A stretch of 64,000 nucleotides of DNA from Camelus dromedarius (lineage: Eukaryota): the NCBI RefSeq assembly GCF_036321535.1, contig NC_087436.1:23748001-23812000 (forward strand), written 5' to 3'. The notes beneath the pieces are model-generated. The model did no database searches, was not told where the DNA came from, and saw only the letters and a list, made by a program, of their open reading frames with translations. Positions 1 to 11,890 of this stretch are shown here, piece after piece (position 1 is the first letter of the stretch; each line of letters opens with the position of its first letter). Both the position numbers and the translations under genes were made by a program.

Positions 1-1612
1 GTTGCAGTAAGCATATTTCTAAATGAGGCTGCCCACATATGCAGCAGACAACAGAGGGCCAAGCTATCTGTGCATTTCTGGCCAATTCTGAGGCTGAGCA
101 CATGCATAGAGGAACCGTGGAAGGGCCCAGTAGAGAGCCAAAGCTGAGACCCACTTGCCAATGACCTGAACTTTGAGCATGCTCCTCTATCCACAGACAG
201 ATCCATCTGCAGAGAGTTGGAAGTCTTACTGGCTTAGGGTATTTGATCATGGTGTCTGTCAAATCATTGGCCAACCATTAAGCTACGCAGACACTGGGGT
301 GATAACAAGGAAACCAGGATTACAAATAAAAACAAGAATTTAAAAAAGAAAATAAAACAGAGAGGAGACATCAGTGGCCTCACCACTTCAGAGATGGTAG
401 GTTTCATGGAATTAATCCAGTCAAATTACTAAACAACTCAAGAAATAAACAGAAACAGAAACAAAAAAAACCTTCAGGGGGAAAATATAATAATACAGAA
501 TTGCTACAATATATCCATCCTGAATGTTCATTTTCAACAAAATATTATGGGATATGCAAAGAAGAGAGTGTGACCTATACTCAGGAATACAAGGAGTCCA
601 TAGGAACTGTGTCCCATTAATGTAAAGTTGGTTTAACATCTGGAAATTAATTAATGTAATATACCGTATCAATAGAATAAAGACAAAAAACATATTTCAC
701 CTCAGTAGGTACAGAAAAAGCATTTGAAAAAACCCATTAGCCAACCACGATAAGAACTCTCAACCAACTAGGAACAGAAGAGAACTTCTTCAACCTGCCG
801 AAGGGCACCTCCAGAAACCTATAGGTGATAACATTGTACAGGATGGTGAAAGATGAGATGCTTTTCCACTAAGATAGGAAACAAGGCAAGGATGTTTGCT
901 CTTGCCACTTCTATTCAGTATTATACTGGAAGTTCTAGACAATGCAAGGCAAAAAGAAAAGAATCAAGAATGGAAAGTTTATTTGCAGATGACTTGATCT
1001 TGTATGTAGAAAAATCCACTCCCAAAAACTATTAGAACTTCTAAATGAGTTCAACAAGGTTGCAGGGTACAAGATTAATATACAAAAAAACCATTCAACT
1101 TCTCTTATAAGCAAGCAGCAAACAATCTTAAAATTAAATTAATTGATACTATTCCAAAAATGTATCAATAAATGGAAAGCCTTAGAAATATAGCTAATGG
1201 AAGTATAAGACTTGTACACTGGAAGCTATAAAATGTGGCTGAAAGAAATTAAAGGTTTTCATAAATGAAGAGACAGTCCAGTTCTTACATTGGAGAAGTA
1301 AATATTGTCAAGATGGCAGTTCTCCCAAATTGATCTATAATTTCAATGCAATTCCTATATGAAAATCCCAGCTAGATTTTTTTTTTGTAGAAATTAACAG
1401 GTTGGCTCTCAAATTTATAGGGAAGTGCAGTGGACCTAAAATAGCTAAAAGAGTTTTGAAAAAGATAAAACAAAGCTGGAGGATTTACTCTACTCTACAT
1501 AGTATTTCAAAATGTACTTTTATAAAGTCAGAATATTGAAGAAGATGTGTTATTGGTGCAAGGAGAGGCATATGGAACAGAGTTGAGAATCCAGAAATAA
1601 ACCCTTACATTT
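1..1612 (+). mobile_element. Decayed LINE-1 (L1M): 5'-end-like segment (about 1-620) joined to ORF2 RT-region fragment (about 620-1612)
   Basis: ORF2-like text (GGTTTAACATC...AATGTAAT...CAATAGAATAAAG; TTTGCAGATGACTTGATC encoding FADDL; ORF 853-1035 ESLFADDLILYVE) with many stops and frameshifts; the 5' part resembles old L1M 5' ends. Confidence 0.9.
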
Positions 1613-2051
1613 TAAACCTCCATTAATATTATTTTCAAGGACAAGATTAATGTTGTAAATATGTGTTGACTGATATTAATATTATTACTTAAAGCTAGTA
1701 AATATTATTCTTACTATACACATATCTTTTTAGCACCTGTGATTCACAATCATTAGAAATAAGGTAGTGACCAGATTTTATTACATGTGATTTTTAAGTC
1801 TGTCTAGGTGGGTAAACACTAAGATTTCTGAGTAGAGTGGGGTTAGTTACTCATATAACTTTAGAAGCTGTAGTCAGTAGTTTTAAGACTCTGAAAAGTG
1901 TGAAAAAGTGAAAAAAAAATTTAAATTACTTCATGTTAGAGCAAAATAATTAACATCTAATTCTATCCTGTAGATTTTCTTAGTCCTCATTTTTTCTTTT
2001 ACCTGTCAATTTACTTTAAAATAATTAATATTTAAAGTATTTAAAGTATTC

Positions 2052-2255
2052 TTTTTTAACTTTTCATTGAAATATACATACAGAAAAGTGCACAGATCTT
2101 AAGTTATAACTTGATGAATTTTCACAAAATGAACACATCGTTGTCACCAGCACCAAGATCAAGAAATAGAATGTTACCAGAAACCCAAAAGCTCTACTTA
2201 CACCCTCTTGCAGTACTTACTACACTCCAAATGAAAGGAACCACAATCATGACTT
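2052..2255 (-). mobile_element. L1ME-type 3' end fragment
   Basis: TTGAAATATACATACAGAAAAGTGCACAGATCTTAAG...CACCAAGATCAAGAAATAGAATGTT resembles an antisense L1ME 3' end. Confidence 0.75.
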
Positions 2256-2261
2256 TCTAAA

Positions 2262-3845
2262 AATTTTCATTTTATTGTGGTGAGAACACTTGAGTTCTAT
2301 TCCCTTAACACAATTTTAAGTGTATAATACGTATTATTAACCGTAAGTGCAGTGTTTTATAGCAGACCTGTAGAATTTATTTGTCTTGTTTAACTGAAAC
2401 TTGTTGATTAGTAACTCCCCATATCCTCCCCACCCTCGGTTCCTAACAACCACCATTCCATTCTTTATTATGTAAAGTTGACTATTTTAGGTACCTCATA
2501 TAAATGGAATCATGAAATATTTGTCCTTCTATGACTGGCTTATTTCACTTAGCATAAGGTCCTCAGTGTTCATCCATATGGTCACATGTTACATAATTTC
2601 TTCCTTTTTAAAGACAGAATGGTATTCCATTTTATGTGTATACCATTTCCTTTATACATTTATCCACTGATGGGCCTTTAGGTTGTTTCCACATCTGGGC
2701 TGTTGTGAATAGTGCTGCGACGAACATGAGAGTGCTAGTATCTCTCCAAGATCCTGATTTCAGTTCTTTTGGATAAATGTCTAAAAGTGGGATTGCTGAT
2801 CACGTGGTGGTTGTATTTTTTTATTTTTTGAGGAACTTGCATACTGTTTTCCATAGCAGCTGCACCATTTTGAATCCCACTAATAGTGAGCAAAGGTTCT
2901 AATTTTTCCACATCATTGCCAACACTTGTTGTCTTTTGTTTTTTGGTAAGAGCCATCCTGACAGGTGTCAGGTGATATCTCACTGTGTTTGGGGTTTATG
3001 TTGTCCAGATGATTAGTGACACTTCACATCTTTTCATGAATCTGTTGGCTATTTGTATGTTTTCTGTGGAGAAATGTCTATTCAGGTGTTTAGCCCATTT
3101 TTTAATCAGGTTATGAGTAGTTTTGCTATTGAGTTGTAGGAGTTCCTTATATGTTTTGGAAATTGACTGCTTATCAGATATATGGTTTGCAGATATTTTC
3201 TTATATTCTGTAGTTTGCCTTTTCACTCTGTTTATTGTTTCCTTTTCTGTGCAGAAGCTTTTTAGTTTTGTGTAGTCCCACTTGTCTATGTTTGCTGTTG
3301 GTGTCAGATCATTACCAATGAAATCATTACCAAGACCAATATCATGAAAAATTTTCCCCTGTGTCTTTTTATAGGAGTTTTATAGTTCCAGGTCTTTAGG
3401 TCTTCAGTCTATTTTGAATTGATTTTTGAGTGGTATAAGACAAAGGAACAATTTCACCTTTTTGCACATGGATATCCAATTTTCTCAACACCATTTGTTG
3501 ATAAGACTATCCCTTCCCCATTGCATATTTTTGGCACCCTTGTTAAATAGCAGGTGTTGACCCCATATGCATGAATTTATTTCTAGGCTCTCTATTCCAT
3601 TGGTCCCATGTCTGTCTTTATGCCAGTACTGTATTGTTTTGCTTACTGTAGCTTTGTAATGTATTTTGAAGTGAGAAAGTATGATAACTCCAGTTTTGTT
3701 CTTCTTTCTCAAGATTGATATGGCTATTCAGGGTTTGTTGTGGTTCCATAGGAATTTTAGGATTGTTTTTCCTATATTGCTAAAGAATGCCATTGGAATT
3801 TTGATAGAGATTGTTTTGAATGTGTGGAGATTGCTTTGAGTAGTT
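2262..3845 (-). mobile_element. LINE-1 (L1MA8/9-like) 3' portion with ORF2 C-terminal remnants
   Basis: Minus-strand ORFs MRYHLTPVRMA..., [19 protein letters not shown]..., ...FNKGAKNMQWGRDSLINKWC are recognisable L1 ORF2 C-terminal peptides, disrupted; typical 3' UTR follows. Confidence 0.95.
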
Positions 3846-3869
3846 AAATTATTCTTGAAGTAAATACTT

Positions 3870-3890
3870 TGTGTGTGTGTGTGTGTGTGT
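3870..3890. repeat. (TG)10 microsatellite
   Basis: Read directly. Confidence 0.95.
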
Positions 3891-4954
3891 AGGGAGCAGT
3901 GATGCTACATGCAGGAGCGAGATAAACAAAATTATTAAAATACCAGGTTCACAGTTCTAGCATTAATGTGTTTACGTATTCCCTGCTATTACCCAGCCCT
4001 CTAAAGGCCTCGGCCATTGGCTTTCAGAGAAAAAGAGCAGCGTGACCAAAGCACCAGGGTAGAAAGACAACCAGAGTATGTATCCTTTTTAGCAGGAGGA
4101 AGCTTAACACAAATCACTTGGTGAGGCTGGTGGGACAGGAAGTAGGTGGAATTTCTGGGTTTCATGGTGAGTCCTGTGGGCTCTGTGACTCACATACACA
4201 TAATAAAATCCTGAACTGGAGAAAGTTCAGCTGAAAAGTTATACACATTCAGTGACAAGTTCCACAAAATCTCTGTCCAGGTTTGCATAATAGAGTTACC
4301 AAAATAGGGACAAAGAACAGGGAGAAGGCAGCTAAAGCCACTGAAGTATTTTGTCCTTAAATGTCCACTCAGGGGAGGCTGATGGTTCTGATTTGCCTGG
4401 CGTTCTCTCTGGGAAAGTGCACCAGGGGCTCATTATTTCATTAATTCTCACAGTGCCCTTGTGGCATAGCTAAGGTAGCACATACTATTAGGAACACTCT
4501 TGGTAATGAAACAGTAGTGAGTCCATTCCGAACATTCTTTTGTTGGAAGGCAACGTCTTTGGTGGTCCTGAGAGATTTGCATCCTTGGCTAGGATTGTCT
4601 TCTCTCCCTTCCAGAGCCCTCCTCTGGATTGCGCTCTTGGATGGACAGAGTTCATAAATCCCAGGGAAGAGGCAGTTCTGCCAATGGAGGCGACTTGCAG
4701 CTTAGTAAATGTGTACCCAGCAGCTGCCTCTGAGAGGCAGCAGGAGAAGGAACAGGTTCAAACAGCGAGCACACCCTTAGAGTCTGCATTGCTCCTCCGA
4801 GAGCAGAGCAGAGCCTGGTGATTCTCCAAGGAATGTGTGGTATTTGAAAATGATCACCCCTGTTTAATAGAGGGTAAGATAAGGACATGTTCATCTCACT
4901 TCCCCATCCGAGGATCTAGCTCGTTTGTTGGGAGTTGTCAGTCAGGAGTTAACT

Positions 4955-5105
4955 CACTTTTATTGAGATAAAATTTACAGGCAACCAGTGTACCAATTTG
5001 AAGGGTACAGTTTGATCTCTGACAAATGTATACACTCGTGTAACCCCCACCTGACCCAAGATAGCAGACAATTTCCACCACCCTAAAATTCTCTCTCTTG
5101 CCCCT
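4955..5105 (-). mobile_element. L1ME-type 3' end fragment
   Basis: TTTTATTGAGATAAAATTTACA...TACAGTTTGAT...TGACAAATGTATACACTCGTGTAACC. Confidence 0.75.
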
Positions 5106-5890
5106 TCCTGTCCTTGTTTTGTGTAAGTTTAAGCCAGGACAGCTAAAGAACTGAAGTGATTTGTAAACAGCAGTTTAATGGAGGCTTTTAATGGACTTAG
5201 ACTTTGCTGTTCTCTCCAACTCATGAAAAGGGAATTTATACTTGTCTGGAAAAACTGTTAAAACACAGCAAAAATAAACCTTAAGAATTAAGTGTGGGAC
5301 AGCTCCTCTGAGGCTCCCTCCCGCTTTTGATTAGTTACCATTATTGTCAAGCCGAAAGATCCATCAGAGTGTCTTTGCGGTTCAGCCCCATTATGTCACA
5401 GAAGACCAGCACTGAAAAAAAAAGGCAACAGAAGAGAGGGCACCAGAAGCTGGGTGAGGGTTGGAAGGGATTCTATAAACTTACAAATCTGAGTTTCTTC
5501 CTGAGAACTCACATATTGTAGATGAAGATGACCATGAAGGGAGGAAAAGAGATGCCCAACCCAAGAAGAGATGGAACTGACATGCTGGGAACCTGGAGAG
5601 GCTGATTTCTTTCTCAGCTTCTCACGGACAACATGGAGAACAGAAGGTGCCGTCTGGACACATGGGGCAACGCCCGGCGTTCCCACCACAGAACAAACAA
5701 GCAGGGAGTGACATCATAGCAACAGAGCTCTATGGTGACTGGCGGGCTTCCGAAGCCATAGGTTGGCTGTTTTTCCTGCTTTACCACAGCTTCTGTTCAG
5801 TCATTTTCCTCGAGGCTGTTTTGCTCACATGAAACTGCTGACCAGGATACTTCAAATTATGCCCAAATATTTATAAACGGTCATCCCCTT

Positions 5891-5904
5891 GGGAGGGAGG
5901 GAGG

Positions 5905-5956
<52 letters not shown>

Positions 5957-6023
5957 TGGAGGGAGGGAGGGAGGGAGGGAGGGAGAGAGAGAGAGAGGGA
6001 GGGAGAAAGACAGGGAAAGAGAG
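5891..6023. repeat. Polypurine (GGGA)n/(GA)n compound repeat
   Basis: Read directly: about 130 bp of almost pure purine. Confidence 0.95.
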
Positions 6024-9000
6024 AATAGTGCTTGTTTGAAAAAGAAACCTTAATGTAGGGCAGGTGAGTGGCTAATTTATCTATTTATCTTTTTCCTATG
6101 AAGGGAAAGAAGCCTGCTTTCCCCCAATCTAAGGGCTTTGCAGTGGCTACCTCACATATCACTTCTCACACAGCCTTAAGCCTTTTCAAACTGGCAGGTT
6201 GGTAACCCTCGGGTTGCTAGTGCAGAAGTGCTAAGTGCGTTTGATTGGTGTCATTACTGGTCCCTAGTAATTGATTACCGTCCGCGGTGAAATATTCAGG
6301 GCAAGCACACAGCCAATAGCAATCACTTAATCCATCATGGCTGTTTGTTCCTCATCTCCTGAGACCTATCAGCCACATGCTATCCGACCCCACCAGGCAA
6401 ATTGCTGATGGCTGCTTTGTGTGTACAATTTACTGTGTATTTACTGTGTTTCCTGTGTTAACCAAAACCACTAGCTTTGGTGAACAGGGAAACACAGGGG
6501 AGGTTCTTGCTCTGCAGTGTCAAGTTCACTCTCTGGTTAACCTCTTTGGCCTCCTCTTCGAGGGGATTTGTGATTCATTGGCCCTGGTTTTGTTGCTTTA
6601 AAAAAGAAGAAGAAAGGTCGAATGGCATAGCAATTGTAATAGGAATATTAATTGTAAGACTGGAGATAGGTTGATTGGAATAAGATCCTGGAGGGTTGTT
6701 TGTAATGCAGATTTTTTAGAAACAAGAAGTGGGAGAATAATGAATAACAACCAGAACTAATCAGTTTTGTGCATGTGTGCGTGTGCATGTGTTTAATCCA
6801 GTGATAATGACTAAAAGTAGTTATAAAAAAAAGTAGAAAATACAGCGGCTACACCGTTTTCTCAGCTTCCTTCCAAATTGCTTTATCCTTGGGTCTTAGC
6901 AAATATGCCTGTCCCTGATGTATACTACGGAACTTTGATACTCAAGCCAAGGAGACAATAGGAGGAGGAGGAGGAGGTCAGCTGGGAGAAGAGTAAAGAA
7001 ATGACTATTCCATGTGATAACACTCTGATGACAAGTGATAATACTGTCTGTGACCAAAATCAGAAAAAGCACAGTTTATATTCATCAGTCTGAAAAAAAA
7101 AAGAGAGAGCCCTGGAATGACAGCACCTCTGCTCATCCTGAGACTGCTTTTGGTCGAGCTGGAAGAAACAACGTGATAGATGCCACTAGGTCTGCCAGTG
7201 AACTTGGGAAGCCAGCAGGAATGAGATGGGAAGGGCATAAGGAGGTGTCGCCTTAAAGTCAGCAGGGAGATCCAGTCTACTTCCATAGCCACTCTTCAAG
7301 AGCTTCTATTCTAAAATTTATGGAAAGAAATTGTTGTAAGGATCTCAGTGGAGATCTTTGCTGCTTCTTTTGGTGTGTTTTTGGTTTGTTTTTTCCAACT
7401 CTCCTTGGTATCTGTAGCACACAGTGGAATGCTACCTGATTCCCTACAAATGAGAGCAAATATGTCCATGTGTGCTGTGCTCCTGGATGAGGGTTTCTGG
7501 ACCCCTATCTATACATGGTCATTTCTAGACAGCACATCTTAATCCTTGTGTATATTCGTTCCTCATTTGGGGCCTCTTAGCCAAATGACATGGACAGCTG
7601 GTTTAAGTGATTCCCAAGTTAGACAGGCATGTTTCACTGTTGATCACAATTCCGTTTAGAGCAAATAAATAAACACATCTAAAACACTGACATTTTCTTG
7701 TGTGCTATGAGACTTAAATTATTGCAAAGTATTGGCTCATACTGCTGCTTATTATCCAATGTGTGATATACTTTGTAATTTGAGGATCTTTGAGATTTAA
7801 TCTTTCCTTCTCCAGAGCTCTGCTCCGTGGTAAGAGGTCCCTTCTCCAGTCTGGTGATACAGTCCTCCTCTCACTCTTGAGTCACTGACATTGAGAACTA
7901 AAACAGCAATCGGTAATTTCAGCTCTATAGCTGGAAACTTCTAGATCAAGCTGGTGATGTGCTAATACCTGTGACTCTTCTGTACTTATTTACCACTCAG
8001 CAACGGTGAACACTGTTAACCGTCACCTCTCTATAGAGGGTGTTCAATGATCTGAAAAGGCTACAGATTGTATGAGTCTACTTTTAGGACATTCTGTAAA
8101 AAGGAAAACTATAGTGATAAACAGAGTAGTGGTTGCCAGGTATTTGAGGGGAGGAGAGGATTGAATAGGTGAAGCACAGGGGATGTTTTTAGGACGGTAG
8201 ACTATTCTCTGATACTATGATGATGAGTACATGGCACTGCATTTGTCAAAACCTATTGCACTTTACAGCAGAGAGTGAAACTTATTGTATACAGATTTTT
8301 AAAAATATATATGTATATATGGAGTCAGAGGCTCCCAGGATAGAATGCAGATTGTGACAAAAGAATCTTAACTATTTCAAATATATGAAATAACTTCACT
8401 GAAGGGAGTGGGGAGTAAAGGTGCTGACCTAAGTAGCTTTAGAAGTGAGTGAAGACTGCAAGACTAAATGCAAAAGCACTGTACTCTAATTGATAGTTGT
8501 TTTTGCTACAGAAGGTACGGATTAAGAATTCTGAAACAGCTATAATGTATAGTGAAACTGAACAAGTAAATGGATGGCAAGTTTCTCACTGTTGAAGTCG
8601 GGGGTCATAGCAAAGTAAGGAGAAAAAACTGGAATGATCCAGATAACAGATGGAGTTGGAGATTGGTATGGACTTGTGTTTGGCTTAATATAGACACATT
8701 TGGATACAAGTAGAAATATTTATAGATGTGTGTCCACACACACATTGCTATATACACACATGTATTCCTTTGCTTTATCAGTTGAGAGGGCCTCAAAATG
8801 ACACCCCAGGAACAGTGAACACATCGAGGGCCCACATCTTGGTTTCTAATGCCATTCTCCAGTAAAAGGAACCAGGGCTTCTTGAAGAAATGGATGATTG
8901 TAGGGCTGGAGCAGGAAATACGGAGGATGAACCTGGAAAATCTTGTAATGTCAAGAAGTAAGGAAGTGTTTTTGAAAAAACCCCACAACAATGGGGGTAT

Positions 9001-9754
9001 GCCAAAGGGACACAGGAGCCAACTGAACCATCTCCCAATGGCCAATGCTGGAACAATCTGAGCAACAAAATAAATAAAGTAGCATTGGATTATAACCCAG
9101 AGTATAAAATAAATATCCATCCTTTTATAAATAAGTAAGTAAATGGGGAAAAAGACATATCACCTGCACAGAAGATTCCAGATAATTTATGTAAATACTC
9201 CACTGACAAGGAAGTGGACCATAATTTCCCACTCCCTAAGTGTGGTCACATAGTCACATAGTGACCTCCCCCTGAAGAAGAAAGAGGGGGAAAGGAGTGA
9301 CTTTACAGTGAGGAAATCTAGCAAACACTACGTCAACCAGATGATCGAAGTGCACATCAGCAGTGATAAGTCGTGTTGATATCATGCACCCTTGATGAGA
9401 TGTGATTAAAATGACACTTCACCTCTGCGGACTCCCTCCCGAAAACTCATAATGCCAGTGTAGCCATGAGAGAAACGTCAGGCCAATCCCAAGTAGCTGT
9501 GACCACTTCTCTCCAAACTGGTTATCAAAAACAAGGAAAGTCTGAGAAACTCTCACAGCCAAGAGGAGCCTGAGGAGACACAATGACTAAATGTAACGTG
9601 CTATCCTGGGTGGGATCCTGGAACAGAAAAGTGACTTTAGGTAAAAAACTAAGGAAATCGAATAAGGTATGAACTTTAGTGATAATGGGTCAGTATTAGC
9701 TCATTAGTTGTGACAAATGAATCATACTAGCACGTTAATAATAGAGGATGGGGT

Positions 9755-9881
9755 GGGGAGGGTATAGCTCAAGTGGTAGAGGGCATCCCTAGCATGCACA
9801 AGGTGCTGGGTTCAATCCTCAGTGCCTCCTCTAAAAATAAATAAATAAACTAAATTACCTCTGCCTCCTACCCCCTCCCCA
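9755..9881 (+). mobile_element. Camelid Vic-1-like tRNA-derived SINE
   Basis: GGGGAGGGTATAGCTCAAGTGGTAGAG (A box), GGGTTCAATCC (B box), AAAT-rich tail; TSD AATAATAGAGGA (9737-9748) / AATAATGGAGGA (9882-9893). Confidence 0.9.
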
Positions 9882-9954
9882 AATAATGGAGGACAGGATA
9901 TTTGGAAATTCTCTGTACTATCTGTACAACTTTCCTGTAAATTGAAAACTCTTT

Positions 9955-10337
9955 TGTTATGGACTAAATTATATGCCACCCCCACCATATTCATGTGTTG
10001 AAGTCCCAATCCCCAGTACCTCAGAATATAACCATATTTGGAGATAAGGTCAGGATCGAGTTAAAATGAGGCCATTAGGGTTGGGCCCTAATCCAATATG
10101 ACTGGCGACTTTCTAAGAAAAGAGACACTGGGGTGCACGTGCACAAGAGAGGACGGTGTGGAGAAACAGCAGGAGAGTGGCTGGCTGCGAGCCGAAGGAG
10201 CGAGGCTTCAGAAGAACCCATCTGCAGCACCTTGATCTTGGACCTCCAGCCTCTAGAACTGTGAGAAGATGCATCTCTGCTGCTGAAGACATCCAGGTTG
10301 TGGTATTTTGTTAGAGCAGCGCAAGCAAACTCACCCA
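9955..10337 (+). mobile_element. MLT1B-like MaLR solo LTR
   Basis: TGTTATGGAC...CCCCAGTACCTCAGAAT...GGGCCCTAATCCAATATGACTGG...GGTATTTTGTTAGAGCAGC...CA. Confidence 0.85.
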
Positions 10338-10394
10338 CTGTTCTAAAATAAAAGGTTGTTTTGTAAAAACACAGCACTGGCATTCTTTCTATTC

Positions 10395-10715
10395 CCAACT
10401 CAGGACCTTTGCCTGGATTTCTTCTTGTCATTCAGATCTTAGCTCAGAGTCACCCACAGAAGAGCCTTCTCTGCCCCTGTCATTCTTTCTCACATTACCT
10501 GATTTTCCTTCTCTGCATGGAGCTAACCGTCAACAGTTATTTCTCTCATTTGTTCATTCACTTATTGCCTATCTTCCTGCAGGTGAATATGAGTTCCTTG
10601 AGAGGAGGAACCTCCTCTGTCTCTTTCACAAGTGAATCCTCAGCACCAAACACCAGGACCAGTGCTGACCACATGGTAGACACTCTGTAATTATTTGTTG
10701 AATGGATAATGAATC
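10395..10715 (+). mobile_element. L2 3' end
   Basis: Ends ...CACATGGTAGACACTCTGTAATTATTTGTTGAATGGATAATGAAT, a typical L2 tail. Confidence 0.75.
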
Positions 10716-11699
10716 CCCCCAGAGAAGGGGAACTCTTGATTTGGACTGCTTATTCATTTCTGTTATTAGACTAAAACGCCTCTGTACATCTTTCTAAGTT
10801 ACTGGGATCTAGAGGGCAGACTGTAAACCCTGTGGCCCAAGGTGTTCTGATTGTTGATATGTTCTCCTGTCAGAGAAGCAGCTGGAGTCTGAACCAGGAA
10901 TGGAAGGCAGGGGATGCTGACTTGGCCAGAAGTCCTCACCAAGCCTCAGAGACAGGGACAACATCAAGTTAAAATAAGGCAGTGGTAATAGCCAAGGGAG
11001 GTGTGTGTGTGTGTGGGCAGGAAAGAGGGAGTACCAAAGGGAGCAGGAAGGAGGGGGGCCTCTGATGTTGAGGGGGAACAACAGTCTTTGTTACCCGTGT
11101 ATAGAGATGTTGAAAACCAAAGAGGTCCTTCAGGATGAGGCTCCTGTGCTAGGGTAGAAAGACTGGTAGGAACTGGGCCTCCAGATAGTTAGCTGGGTCC
11201 TGGGCTGGGCTCAGACTCTGCATGAAACTGAATGGATGGGGTACCATATTCCAGAAGCTCTGTGGCCGGCCTGCCAAGAAGACAGCAGGATGGTCCAGGG
11301 AAACCACAGCTTAGTGCTCAGCCAGGCCCTGAGACTCGGTCCATGTGCACCCGGACCCTGCACGGGACAGTAGGATAGTCCCAGACTCTATGTGCTAATG
11401 GTGGTTGCTCTAGACATTATGTGCTAATTAACAGTGGACTGTCCAGCTGTTGGTGGCTGGGCCCTGGATAGAGCTGAGAGGGCAGGTGGAGAACACCATA
11501 GTGGGCAGTGGGGAAGGGTGCCGGCAGAAGGGGGCAGAGATGGTTGGTCTCCACAGGGGCAGGACTGATGAGCTCAGCCTCTAGGCACAGAATGTCAGAA
11601 GGCAGGTTTAAGTGAACACAATGAGAGAGATTTACGGAGGGAGCTGTGAGCCAGACACGTCTAGACTCGTTGACATCATGTGGCAGCAAAAGGCAACTT

Positions 11700-11890
11700 A
11701 GACTAAAATGATTTAAATTTTTATTTACTGGCTCTGTGATCTTCAATCATTCTAATCCTTGGTTCCTTCACCTTTTAAAATGAAAGTAAAAATACCTACC
11801 TCACCCAGTTGTTGAAAGGTTTGGAGATAATGTACGGACAACAGCCAACTCAGAGCCAGACACATGCGAGATGCCTAATAAGCAGTGGCT
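11700..11890 (+). mobile_element. MIR SINE
   Basis: Core-like TTCCTTCACCTTTTAAAATG...AATACCTACCTCAC...GAGATAATGTAC. Confidence 0.65.

Larger units (their letters stand above)
8045..10368 (+). mobile_element. L1MC3-like 3' UTR, interrupted by a Vic-1 SINE and an MLT1B LTR
   Basis: AAAAGGCTACAGATTGTATG...GTGGTTGCCAGG start; GGGATCCTGGAACAGAAAA; terminal CTCTGTACTATCTGTACAACTTTCCTGTAAATTG resumes after the LTR as CTGTTCTAAAATAAAAG. Confidence 0.85.

Noticed and set aside
2735..3712. ORFs with protein-like sequence
   Set aside because: Fragments of a dead L1 ORF2 broken by stops and frameshifts, not a host gene.
6390..6500. H/ACA snoRNA interpretation of the hairpin region
   Set aside because: No ANANNA hinge box, and the ACA lies inside the stem rather than 3' of it.
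7801..7835. Possible 14-nt microexon (TCTTTCCTTCTCCAG|AGCTCTGCTCCGTG|GTAAGA)
   Set aside because: Not frame-preserving and has no supporting context; such pairs arise by chance in 64 kb.
8605..9120. 171-aa hydrophobic ORF resembling a membrane protein
   Set aside because: Antisense reading of an L1MC 3' UTR; the hydrophobicity reflects T-rich composition.
9755..9830. tRNA-like gene (also 52345-52420 and 46760-46834)
   Set aside because: A and B boxes are present, but each copy has an AT-rich tail and TSDs and the cloverleaf is degenerate. These are SINE heads, not tRNAs.
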